From the NCBI GenBank assembly GCA_020891255.1, contig BQFW01000010.1:1-64000 (forward strand): a stretch of 64,000 nt of DNA, written 5' to 3'. A program made the position numbers and the translations under genes. Numbering within the stretch: the first letter of the stretch is position 1; each line of letters starts with the position of its first letter. The stretch is from Entomortierella parvispora E1425 (lineage: Eukaryota > Fungi > Mortierellomycota). The notes under the pieces are model-generated. The model did not search any database. It was given only the letters and a program-made list of their open reading frames with translations, and was not told where the DNA came from. This document shows positions 21,729 through 33,300 of this stretch, piece after piece.

Positions 21729-24175
21729 AGTCATGAGATTGGGACAGATTATGAATGTTCATTTCTGTCATGACTTGGGAACGACGGAGCTACTGTGCCG
21801 CTGTGGTGTAGTGGATGTGGAGTCCCGGTGTGGTGTAGTAGATGTGGAGTCCCGATCCACATCAATCGGAGTAGATATACATTTTCAGTAGCATTTATTA
21901 TTTTGTTTAGTTTCAGTTTTTTTTTTCTATAAAGAAGGGAGCAAAATCCATTTTGCTCCTGGTTGCCTTTTTCCTTTACGATTCCTGCCAGTACACTTTT
22001 GTTGAACCCTTCAGAACACAAACATACATCCCCCCCTTCCTGCCCGATATCCCCTTTGCAGCAGCAGCAAGCTCGACGCCTTAATTCCGATTGCTGAGAC
22101 TATTAGTAGCTAGTCTAAACCTCCTCCCCCCCCCCCCCTTTGGATATCACAGACCTATTGCGTTCTGTTGATCGACCTTGTACACTCACAAGTTACGATC
22201 CTCCCCGTCCTCGACAAGTCCCGTCAAGAACCTCGGCCAACCAGTTCTCCGTGTCCTTGCTCACTTACGAGGTACCAACAATGTCTTGTCTCTTTTGAGT
22301 GGACTTGTACGATCTTGGCATCCCATCCTGAGGCCTTAACTGGCGCTTGGGCATCCTGAGGCCTTAACTGGTGCTTGGGAACCTCCCTTATCTTCTCGTC
22401 GCCTTCCCTCGAGTCCCTCCTGAACCCTCAGTTAGGCGGCCTTGTCCCCTTTCCCTGGATAGAATATTTCTGGCCGTGCTCTTACTGATTAGATCCCTTC
22501 AATCCTCCCTTGTTGTTGTTATTAGTTAGTATAGTACCTAGTGTTCGCCTCCGTAGTTGTTTATTCTCCTGTTTGGTTACCATTAGGACGTGCTTAGCTC
22601 ATTGGTATGTCCTTATTAGTCTCCTTTCAGTTTCGTTCCTGCTTATATCGTGATCCTGTTGCTCATTCTCCTCCTCCTGTCTATCCATTTCATTCTCTCG
22701 AGATTGTATCTGATCATATAGCTGTGCTGTGCTTGATCCTTGTGGCACAGAGAGCAAAGTCCCTATCATATGTAAGCAGCGAGCTTTGTTCGTTATTATT
22801 CTTTTCGTTATCATTTTCACCTCCAGCCTTTGCTGACGTTACACTATACTTACTTTAGACAACATCACACCGCCACGCTTTCTAAGGTATGCGAGTCTCG
22901 CTCCGATCTTACTTTCATAGTAGTGCGCACAGATCCAGGAACTGGTGCTCCAGACATCATGTTTGTATTGTTGAGCAAGGCTTTGAAGCAAACTGTACGC
23001 ACTAACTGAAGGAAGACATGCTAAAGAGTTCAAGCGACGAATCAAACGGCCATAGACTTCGACATGCATGAGGCTGAAAATCACTGTGTCAGCTGCATTG
23101 TGTCGCTCTCAGATGATAGAAAAGCTAGAGTGCACTCAATGTTCCTAGGACCTAACTCATACAGCGCTACTTGAGCTTTTCTCGACGTGATAATAAACAC
23201 TGCACCTTGCCATTGGACTGTAAACCAACACCATGTTTTCAAGCCTAGTAACCGAAAAGGCAGAAGAACGAATCGGCAGTTGGGACAGATTTTGGGGATT
23301 GACAGAGGGAGAAAGCAAGAAGAGAGGAACAAGAGGCACTACTCAGGAACGATCAGTCCTTGCGGACAACAAAAAAACACGGTGCAGCAGGCTCTTTGCT
23401 TTTCTAGGTTGTAGGGTGCTTCTCGGTTACATCTCCCGAAGGCGGGCATGTGCATCCTGCAGTGGGCTAGTAGAAAGAGTTGCCAGCTCCTTCGTTTTTT
23501 TGCGCGGGGAGAGGGCAGCAGACGAGTTGAACGCAAGAGATGAAAAAGAGAGAAGAGGGAAGAAAGCAAGAGGGAAGAGAGGAGACGAGACAGAGGGGAA
23601 GAACAGAGAGGAAGACGAGATGTAATAAGAGGGCACATCCTAGGAACGATCATCCAAGCGGACAACAAACACGATGCACGTCCTTGGTTTTATCCTGATC
23701 GGAAACGGTGAAGTCAGCTACAACACTGTTGGGTGTTTGGACGGGAAGGGTGCAAGACGGAGGAGTTCAGGGGAATTCGGAGTTCAAGGACGCGCGAAAG
23801 AGAAGAGGGTTGCTTCCGCTAGGTCTGCACCCTTTCATTCGCCCGACTCACCGTGGGGAGCACTACATGCATGTCATCTATGCATGAGGGCTGACATTTA
23901 TAACGAAAAGCACATGCAGTGATTGGATCAGGAACTCGAAATCAGACGACGCTGAGGCGGATCACAGCTGCATTGATTGACGTGTGGACATCAGTGGCTC
24001 ATGCGCTTGCGGGATGCAAGGCGACTTCGGCAAAAGAGGCCTGCGTGGGAATTTTTTGTTCCTCTCATTCCTTCCCCATTCTTGTCTTCTCTCATCCATC
24101 GGGCCACACATACTCGCATTCGACTATTCGCCATTGTCTTCAGCTCTCCTCTACCCCAACAGTCTTACCTCCACA

Positions 24176-25207
24176 ATGTCTCCGAACGCATCAACGACAC
24201 CGACAACTAGCCTGCCGCTCATTGACCTCGCGAACTTCACCAACAGCAGTCGAGAATCACGTCTAAAGACAGCCAAACAACTCGTATCTGCTTGCCGGAC
24301 AACCGGTTTCGTTTACATCGTCAACCACGGCGTCCCAAAGCATGAACTGGACCGCGCCTTTGCCATCTCCTCAAAATTCTTCGCCCTCCCACAAGAGGAA
24401 AAGATGAAGGCGCCACATCCACCCGGATGGTCTATTCACCGCGGCTACTCATGGCCGGGGTTTGAGAAGGTCTCGAACGCCACTAGCAGCACGGATGATG
24501 AGGCAGCAGTTCAGAAATTGCGGGAGGTTCAGGATGTGAAGGAGAGCTATGAAGTCGGCAGCGAGTTGAACCCCGAAATGCCGAATATTTGGCCGCCAGA
24601 GGAGGTACTGCCAGAGTGGCGTCCTTTCATGTCGAAATTCTACTGGACATGCTTCGAGACCGCAAAGACAGTGCTGAGAGCGCTAGCGTTGGGTATTGGG
24701 CTTGAGGAGGACACCCTGGTGAAGCTTCACAGTGGGCACTATAATCAGCTTAGGTTGCTGAACTACCCGGCTATCCCGGCACAGGTGCTGGAGGAAGGGA
24801 CGTGTGAGAGAATGCCGGCGCACACTGACTGGAGCACAATGACAATGCTCTGGCAGGATGATTGTGGGGGATTGCAAGTTGAGGATCCAAACCACGTTGG
24901 GAGGTTCATTGATGTCGAGCCCGTGGAAGGAGCGCTTGTAATGAACATCGGAGATCTGATGATGCGGTGGAGCAATGATGTACTGCGTTCAACAATGCAT
25001 CGTGTCACATTGCCGCCGTTACAAGATCGCATCAAAGGAGAAAGAAGGATAACGAGACCGCGGAAAAGCATTGTTTATTTCTTGGCGACGGACCCAGATA
25101 GGTTGATTGAGGTTATGAGCAGCTGCGTGGATGAGAACCGACCAGCAAAGTATGAGCCAATTACACAGAGGGATTACGCGTCCATGAGGGCAAGGATGCA
25201 ATACTAG
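24176..25207 (+). CDS. 2-oxoglutarate/Fe(II)-dependent dioxygenase, isopenicillin N synthase family (343 aa, intronless)
   Basis: LPLIDL N-terminus, GFVYIVNHGV, LRLLNYP, HxD (AHTDW), GGLQV, NIGDLMMRWSND, distal His (MHRV) and RxS (RKS). ATG at 24176 in ACAATG context. Confidence 0.93.
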   Translation: MSPNASTTPTTSLPLIDLANFTNSSRESRLKTAKQLVSACRTTGFVYIVNHGVPKHELDRAFAISSKFFALPQEEKMKAPHPPGWSIHRGYSWPGFEKVSNATSSTDDEAAVQKLREVQDVKESYEVGSELNPEMPNIWPPEEVLPEWRPFMSKFYWTCFETAKTVLRALALGIGLEEDTLVKLHSGHYNQLRLLNYPAIPAQVLEEGTCERMPAHTDWSTMTMLWQDDCGGLQVEDPNHVGRFIDVEPVEGALVMNIGDLMMRWSNDVLRSTMHRVTLPPLQDRIKGERRITRPRKSIVYFLATDPDRLIEVMSSCVDENRPAKYEPITQRDYASMRARMQY

Positions 25208-26448
25208 GAACAGACTGGCACCGTTTGTAGTATCGACCTTCCTCAACATATCATCCAATAAAGGCGCAAAAGCACCTCAATTTTTTTTTTTTTTTGTTGA
25301 TCCACCTTTTGTTTCTCGTCACGATCATCTTCGAGAGAATGCAGCAATCAAAGTGCAATCTCTATTCCACACTCCACACCCAGTTACCTCAACCCTCTCA
25401 GACTCGAAAGTGAAGCACAGATGTAACCCAAAAGGATGCCCCGTGAGAGCATCCTCTCACCACGATACTTTGGAAAGGCGCAAGAGCAGAGGGTCTTGTC
25501 AAGCAAGTTCTCTTTTTCAGCCCTTCCATGCAGTTAGCGCAGCAGAGGGTACAAGTCGCGAATGCACTAGCGTCTCTTGGAAACGCGAACACGGTAATAC
25601 AGCGCAAAATGAGCCCTCCCTCGCAGCACGATATCACCTCCTTCAAAAGATACACCAAATCTCAAATCGTCCTGAACAGCCCAGTCAGAACATTTGCCTC
25701 AGCCCCACCCTTTCGTCTCGAGAAAAAAATGGCGCCAGGCTCGCATGTCACGGTTGTTTTCGAGGCTCGAGCACATCGCGACACAAGCCTGCGCCTTCCG
25801 CCCGCAAGACCCATATTCTCACAATTTCAGACCCGAAGGAAGACATTGCATGCTTGCCCGTTATCTGTATTCCCCCTGTTATTTGTCGTTGACAAAGATG
25901 AAACTGTCAATGCAGGCGCATCTTGTGACCAGAGATTAAACTAGTTACATCTCCTCAAAATATCTCCTGTTTATGTCCACTTGACGATCGATATGGACTT
26001 CACAAAAGCAACGAATTTTTCAATCGTGGACCACTGCAGAATGCTTGGGTGACCGGAACAAACAGGATGAGCGTCCACTCCATTATTTTCCCAAGTAAAA
26101 ATATCTCTTATCGATCCTTGTCAGTCTATGGCGGGATTGGAGGTGAAGGGACTGGCTATCCTCAGTTATATGCCAAGACTTTAATGGATGACATTACACG
26201 GTAGTCTTGTTGTAGATATGTGTACGCACAAGAGCTAGCCGCCGTAGCTAATGGTATAGTCATAGTTTACCAAGTCGGCCTGGGTCCTCGGTCTGGAGGC
26301 ATGATGACTAAACAAGTCGTGAGAATGCTTTTTTTCTTGCACTATAAAGAGAGGGCAGACAAAAAAAAAAAAAAAAAAAAAAAAAAAGACATATCCGCAC
26401 GCTTTCCTTCCTACGCACAAAACCCCATCCTTGAACAAATCTACCATA

Positions 26449-26865
26449 ATGGCCACCCTTGCTCAAAACATTGTCAGTTACGCTTCCTTGGCATCCTTCG
26501 AGCCAATTGACCCACAGGAGCGGGAGACTACACGCGGCACTGGCAAATCCCTCCAGTACTATTGGCCAATCGAATCTAGCGAGCATTTGCGCCTCTGTGA
26601 GGTTTTTGGCCTCGACGCGGTTGCAATGAACGGTACTTGGACCTCCCGTGGCCGCTCCAACTGCTCCACCTGCGGCAAGCGCGAAGAGTTCCTGGATCAA
26701 ATCTACACCGCGGCCAAGATGAACGTTCATGACACTGACTTTTTCAAGGGTGTTGTTTCTGGTGAGATCCCTCGAATTGGCACCGGCGCCGAGCACTCTA
26801 TGCACTGTGCCAACTGTGACACGCAGCTGGACAGCTACTTCTGGCTCGGGGAAGGCATTTGGTGA
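26449..26865 (+). CDS. Small putative Zn-binding protein (138 aa, intronless)
   Basis: Clean ORF with two CxxC pairs (CSTC, CANC) and a spaced His (VHDTDF). ATAATG start context and coding-like composition. Confidence 0.65.
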   Translation: MATLAQNIVSYASLASFEPIDPQERETTRGTGKSLQYYWPIESSEHLRLCEVFGLDAVAMNGTWTSRGRSNCSTCGKREEFLDQIYTAAKMNVHDTDFFKGVVSGEIPRIGTGAEHSMHCANCDTQLDSYFWLGEGIW

Positions 26866-27500
26866 AAAAAAATGACCAAATCTCTGGCGGCCCCCACAAA
26901 AAACTGGCTCTTGCAGACACATACGTATTTTTCATCCTCTGAAGAAGTTCTCTGTTTTGAAGATGGTAATAAAAATATTCAACTTTGTGGCCGATATACC
27001 TTGAAGTTCTGCGAGGAGGGACGATTCACCAGTGTACCGCTCAATGCAACATCTGTGGGATATCCGATGGAAAGGAGCTGCGGGAAACAAATGGTGCAAA
27101 AGAAAAGATAAGACCAACGGAAGCTCTCCTAGTTGAGTTTCCAATGATTTTCACGAGGTAGCCCCCGCCAAATAGCTGAAGATATCCCTGACACGCGTCT
27201 CGAAAACTCAGTAAGCGGTATTCCTGAGACGATGGACTTTATGATATAGCCACCGATGAGCTTGACCCACCACTTGTCGCAATCCTAATTGCAAACTACG
27301 ATGAGGTGCCGGATAATGAGGTAGAAACGCACAGTATTAAAAAAAAACACAGGAGAGACCAAAAACAAAGAGATGAGGCAGGCATATATTACAAGGGTGG
27401 ACTCCCCTCGGAGTTAGTTCAAGCGTAAATGTCAGAGGTATATTCATGGTATTCATAATAGGTCGCTACAAAATGGTATCTTGGGTACTAAAGGTATCTT

Positions 27501-28126
27501 TTAAAACTTGGCAATGACGGCGACAGAAGCAACCAGACCAATGGAAGCGAGAACTCGCCAAATAGTGTATGGACGTTTCCGTTGGAGACCGAAAAACTGG
27601 AAGTGATCGGCGATGCACGAGAATACAAGCTTAGAACTAATGACAATCGCGCTTGTGGTGCCAGATCCGAGCGTTGGGATCGAAAGAATTGTGACAATGA
27701 CATAGCAGGCACCCAACACGCCACCGATCCAAGCCCACCAAGGAGCTTTCGCAACCATAGCCCCAAGGTTCGTTGGAGGACGGCCCCTGACCTCAATTAG
27801 AAAGTAGACGAAGGACGACAAAGCTCCTAAATGTTGATAATATGGGGAAGACATTGGGTCGAGGATTGCAGAAATATGGAACATAGGGCAAGATGAAAGA
27901 CGAGAAACAAAGATTTGAAACCGTGTCAGCCCACTGTGCGAATGTACATGACATTGTATCGTTTTTTACAGTTTGTTCTCATACCAATACAGAAAACGAT
28001 GGCGGAAGAGAACCCCTTTGTGGAATATTGGCCCAATTTGGCGTTGATAACTCCCTGGGAGGAGGCAGCAACACCACCAAAGACACAAAGAAGGGCGCAA
28101 AGAAAGACATTGTCCAGGATGGACAT
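27501..28126 (-). CDS. DMT-superfamily transporter, YdcZ/DUF606-like (155 aa; exons 28126-27985 and 27826-27501)
   Basis: GG..AS.Q..IN.KL, PWWAWIGGVLGA.YV, P.LG, IADHF.FFG motifs with hydrophobic helices. A GT-AG intron restores the frame. Confidence 0.85.
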
Positions 28127-28981
28127 TTTTTTTGGTTGAATCGAACGAATAGAGGCCTGTCTGGAAACTACTTTGACATCAGAGAGCTCTGCGACGTGAG
28201 GTCCATTTTCGTGATTCATATTGAGAGGAGGGCGGAAAGAGGTTGCGTAGAAAGGAGGCCTTTTGAGGTGAGAATATGTGGGCTCGTAGGATAAGGTGTA
28301 GGGGATGAAAATTTAGAAGGAAAGTTGAAGGGTAGAAAGGTGAGAACTGGGAGCAGAAAGATGTGAAGATGGAGTGGGGTGATTGCTTGTTTTTTGACTG
28401 TCAGAAAAAAAAGCCCGATTGCCAGGAGCGGAGATCGAGTATTTATACCAAATCATGCACTTTGGTCCTCTCAAAGGTTGATCGAGACTGCATTCAGGGT
28501 TGGCCGTGTCGCAAAGCGAATGCAAATACCGGGGAAACGCTGCGGGCATGTTCCAAACTTTCCAAGAAGTCATAATAATCTTAAAAACACGGGCAGCTCG
28601 AACCCTGGTAAAAAAGACGACTGCTCTTTGTCTCCTGTGATCATTTCCCCGTGCATGAAGTCTCTTTGTATCTGTTGCTGGTCCCCGCATTCTCATTTCC
28701 GGAAAGAGCAAGGTTCTGGAGAGAGGATTCACAAAAAAAAAGCGGGGAAGATCCACTTTTTTTTTTTTTTCCGATTTTTAGAAACTTTATTGTATGCCAT
28801 CGGGAAAGGTTTTGGGGTCTTGATGGATGCTAGCCACGAACAAATTGCAGTGTGGCTAAGTGCCCTCTGTAGGAAGAACGGGAAACCATGTTGGGAAGAA
28901 AAAGATGCAAATGAAGGCCTCTGAAGAGATGTCCACTTTCCAAATGCAGTTATGGGATTGTTATATCTTCCATATGCTCTT

Positions 28982-29760
28982 TCACTCTCCTTCCTCGCTC
29001 ACAAAGATGGGAAACAGTTGATACACCTGGCATATTGTTGCTTTATTAGAAAAAACCTCACGGAGGAGTTGCCTGATGACAGCAATGGATTTGTGGCCGA
29101 GACCGGCATGGATATAACCCCGATCTAGCAACGGGCTAACAGACGGGCCAACAGACAGGCTAGCAGACGGGCTAGCAGACGCAGCAGACGCAGCAGAGTC
29201 CAACGATCCAATGCGAGAATTGACTGGCCAAGTAGAGAAGGCGCGAAGCTGCTTACCTTACCGGACAGCAAGACGTTGCCGATCGCGAGATTAATAATGT
29301 CTATGAAGCTGATACTACCGTTTTCAGGTAATTTCACGGTATCTTGACTCTCATCGGGTATCGCAGGTTCACTCAATGATCCAGCTTGGCTCATGAATCT
29401 GGCTTTGGCCAGTGTTGCCTACATAGTTGTTCCCGTATGGGTGGCCAATACAAATAGCAGCGGAAGTCAGTCATGGCGACGCTTTGTACTTTCAAAGAAC
29501 GGATCAGACAAGATTACCCGGTTGCTGAATCTAAGGGAGAAGCACGAGGATCAGCCTCATATCATAAAGGTAGACCAATACTCCTAATTCATTACCTTGA
29601 ATGAGAACTCAACAATGTTGTAAACTGTTCCCTCAAGTAGATTTCCCCCAGAGTCCTCAGAGACTGTGTCTGTCTCATCGAATGTCTTCTCGACATGATC
29701 GTACGCTGGTTCACAAATTGACGCAAGTTCATTTGTGGGCATGACCGAGATTGAGACCAT
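28982..29760 (-). pseudogene. Possible decayed gene fragments with an internal 12-bp repeat (~29132-29200)
   Basis: Protein-like pieces (TVYNIVEFSFK; IDIINLAIGNVLLSGK; GYIHAGLGHKSIAVIRQLL) with intron-like signals and stops. No family recognised. Confidence 0.2.
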
Positions 29761-30372
29761 CCAGGAGTGGTGTTTCTGCCTGGTCGAAGTCGGGGCCTAG
29801 CCTAGTCCTGATTGCATCCTTGATTCCTTGATTCTATCCATTGCTGGGTCTTGTTCGACATGGACTAGGTTGTACATGGAAGGAAAAGCATGAGACGAAA
29901 GCTGGCTGGCCCCGAGAGCACAAAAATTCGTTATTTCCTGCTCGGCTGGGAAATAATGCACGCTCCCTCCCGCCCGCGTGCTTCTTCCCTCCTCCCTTCG
30001 CATACATTGCCGCCCTGTCCCCCTCTTGACTCTCCTTTCTTTCCTTTCGGTGCATCGTTTCTTTCAACCTTCACCTTGTTTCACTTCATCCTCGCCTCCC
30101 TGCTCTTCCGCATGAGCCTACTTCGAAACTACCACACGAGACATGCCCCTCACCAGAAGATGAGAACAAGTCAACTTGAGTCTGGTCTAGAGTTGGCATA
30201 GAATAGTCGTTCGACCAATTCTTCTTGCGAACCGGACATTGGTGAAGACTCAGGCGCCAAGCATTTTCCACAAGATGCATGATGCAGCGTTTCCCAGTGA
30301 GATATCATGAAGGAGCTTCGCACGAATAGTGCGGAATACATTAAAGGATTTTATTTAAAAGAAAAAAAACTA

Positions 30373-33300
30373 CTACATCCGCGCCGCCTTTTCCTCACCT
30401 ACTCCTTCATTCAATATGAGGGGCTCGCTTCGACAAAGAACTAACTCTGTGTTGTCTTCAGTGACCATGCGGATTGCGCGTCCCAGTACTCTGATACCTG
30501 TCCCTGGAAGTGTTGTTGTACAGGCAGACGTGATAGGGCTATTGAAGAAGGCGCTAGTCGAGTGAAGAAAGAAATCTGAAGGGTGGAGTCCTGTTTCTGC
30601 CAAGCCAATAGTGCTAACTGGTTCATCGTGATCGCCCGAATCCTCTGTGTCGAATGAATGAATCGACGCTTCGGACCGCGTGGGTTCAGATTCGTGGTGG
30701 GAATGACTTCGGAATAAATTCGTGGGATGCGTGACAACTGGAGAGCTATCAGGGCCGATATCTTCAACCGTTGCCGATAGTGCTGAAGAGCTGAGCAGCG
30801 GTTCAGTATTGGGTGTATGCAGCCCTGTAGAAAGATCTCCGGCCGAAAAACTTCTTCGGCCCGCCGATTCTGCTGGTGTGGAAGATTGGTAGGGGTGACT
30901 TAAAGAGGATGTCGATGTTGAGGTTTCGAACGACTCCTCAGAATGTGACCCGGATAGCGCAATCCGTACTGTAGAGTTCTGATGGCATCCAGTGCAACTG
31001 CCACGAGGTTTCTGGTCCTGCACGGTGGTCGTGGCGATAGCTGCCTGAATAACAGAAGACGGCGATTGTGGTCGCAAAATAGAGCGCGTCTTTTTGTGAT
31101 TTCTCTCGACCTCGGCTCGTGCAATACTCATAGTAGCTGCAATTGACGTTTGGGCTGATGATTTGGACAAATCCTTGACCGGTGGCGAGGAAGGGGATCC
31201 AGATGAGACCAAAAAGGTACCATCCATTGTTGGAAATGCCAGTAGTGGTAGAATGAAGGGCGGCGGAGCTGTTGAACAATCCGTTGCTGTTGTTGAGTTT
31301 GACCAAGTATCAATGAGGTTTGGAGTGACCACAGATTTGCCCTTGTCTTGTTTTTTTTCTTTCCTGGATGCCGAATAGTCGCTGTGTCTTTTAAAATGAG
31401 TCGCAGACGTGCCAGATGATGGGTTCTCTGTCATAGAAGTCGACTGATCATGGTATTTTTTTTTCCTTATCCGACTAAATCTCGACATGCCACGCACCCC
31501 GATTAGTTTCGAGTCGCTGATCCTGTTTGAACTTTCCTTTGATCCGAGCGCAGGGTCATCTAGAACGGATGATAGTGACAAACTGGAGGATGACGAAGCC
31601 AGAGACGCGGAGGAACTAGAGGTGCGCCTTAGAGGTAATGTCGTTCTTGAAGTAGATGTTGCATCTTGTCTTGGACCCTCCTTGTACTTTGCTCTAGGAT
31701 CCCCCATAGAAGACACGGTGGGCTTAGGACTTATTGACTCCAGTCCAAAGTAAACGGGGCTCGGTGAAACTGCCTGCATCGATGCAGGAGAGGCTTGGCA
31801 AGCATAGGATGGGGACATGGTGTCTTGTCGATACTCGGGAGTTGACATGTCAAGAGGGACACAAAAGGGCGTCTTTGATCGCGGCGGGGTCGATTCCAGC
31901 TGACAAAGAGGTGAAGTTCCAGACAACGACAGCCCTCCAGGGTTAAATCTTGAGTGCCTATTGAGGTGAACTGGCCCGTATCTAGTCTCGATTTCCACTT
32001 CTTCGTCATCGGTAGTTGTCCTTCTCGCAGGAGTGACACCTGAACGCGTGATTACATTGGCTACGCCAGGAAGTACATTCAGAGCCGAACTCGATCCATT
32101 TCTGTTCCAGTCCGCTTGGGCAGGGTATGAGGCTCGTTTGCCCATAGACCGTTGACTCTGACCAAGGGTGCCGTTGTTCGATACAGGCGTCCGCGGCCGA
32201 CAAGTTAGAGTTGATTTTGAAATGCCTGCCATGCTTGTGCTGAAAAAAGTTTGCCCTGTTTGTATCGACAAATTCCTACAGCTCTGTCCCCTATAATCAT
32301 ATTTGCTTTGCTGAGCAGTACATGCAGCTCCTGCTCCCGAGCCATTTGCAATTTCGTCGTGGTCATCACCACTGCTTTCTGAGGAATCCGAGTCCGACTC
32401 TGTAGAACGATGTCTCTTCCTCTCGCAATCCTGGTCGCTTTCTTGAAAATCACTAATGCCATTCTCCTCCTCCCCCGTGTCTGTATCGACGGTTTGTGTT
32501 TTGGAGGAACTACCTTGGAGTCTCGGGCCCTTAACTCCAAGGTTAGCAATGCCTTGCTCCATCTGGTCGGGCCTCGTATTCAAATCCTGCTCTAGATCCT
32601 TTGATACTGAGGCTCCTGGTGCTTTTCCGGTTTTGTTCCGGTCTTTCCTTTGCAAGGTCGATCCCTTAGTGTGCTCAAACTTTGCACCTTTGTAGACTTT
32701 CTTTTGAGGGTGCAGTCGAAGCATCATCAGCTCTACGATGATATTGGCAACCTTGAACAGGGCCACAGCAGCCACCAAGTTTGTTAACAGGGTCATGAAC
32801 GAAAACTGTCCAAGCTGGCCGGTCTGAGAAAAAACTATCCGCACTCTACAAGGCGATCATTCATTAATTAGTAAACCGTGCTTGTCTAGGAAAGTAGAAA
32901 AACTTTGCCTCTCAGAAAATTCTGGTCAATCTTACCCATGTCTATTGATCTCCACCCTGCTCCCGCCTTTGAAGTCACGGATGGTCTCAATGACCTTGTA
33001 TTCCTGGTCTGGAATGGCCTTTGGTAGATACTCGTAACTGATTCTGTTTGGGTTCCATCCTTTGGCTGCGTACTGGATCACGACAATGACCACGACACCG
33101 GATGACCGTACAGTCTCGTTGGCGGATGCTGTTGGGGATCCAGAGAGCTCGTCCAAGTCGACGCCTGCCGCCTTTAAGAACTCACCCACTGTCATCACAT
33201 CTCCAGCAAGGTGAATTGTATTCCCTTCTACGGAGGAGACGGTCGCGTTACTGCTGCTGGAGTTGGTTCCTGGTCGCGTGGCCGCAGGAACGTAACGCGA

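Noticed and set aside
23984-24175. 64-aa N-terminal extension of the dioxygenase
   Set aside because: Starts at a non-ATG codon and reads as pyrimidine-rich 5' UTR. The family-typical sequence starts at ATG 24176.
25353-25944. 179-aa and 138-aa overlapping ORFs
   Set aside because: No recognisable motifs, non-ATG or weak starts, and no supporting splice structure.
24176-28126. A secondary-metabolite biosynthetic gene cluster
   Set aside because: No backbone enzyme (NRPS, PKS or terpene synthase) is present in the window. Only a loose accessory grouping is supportable.
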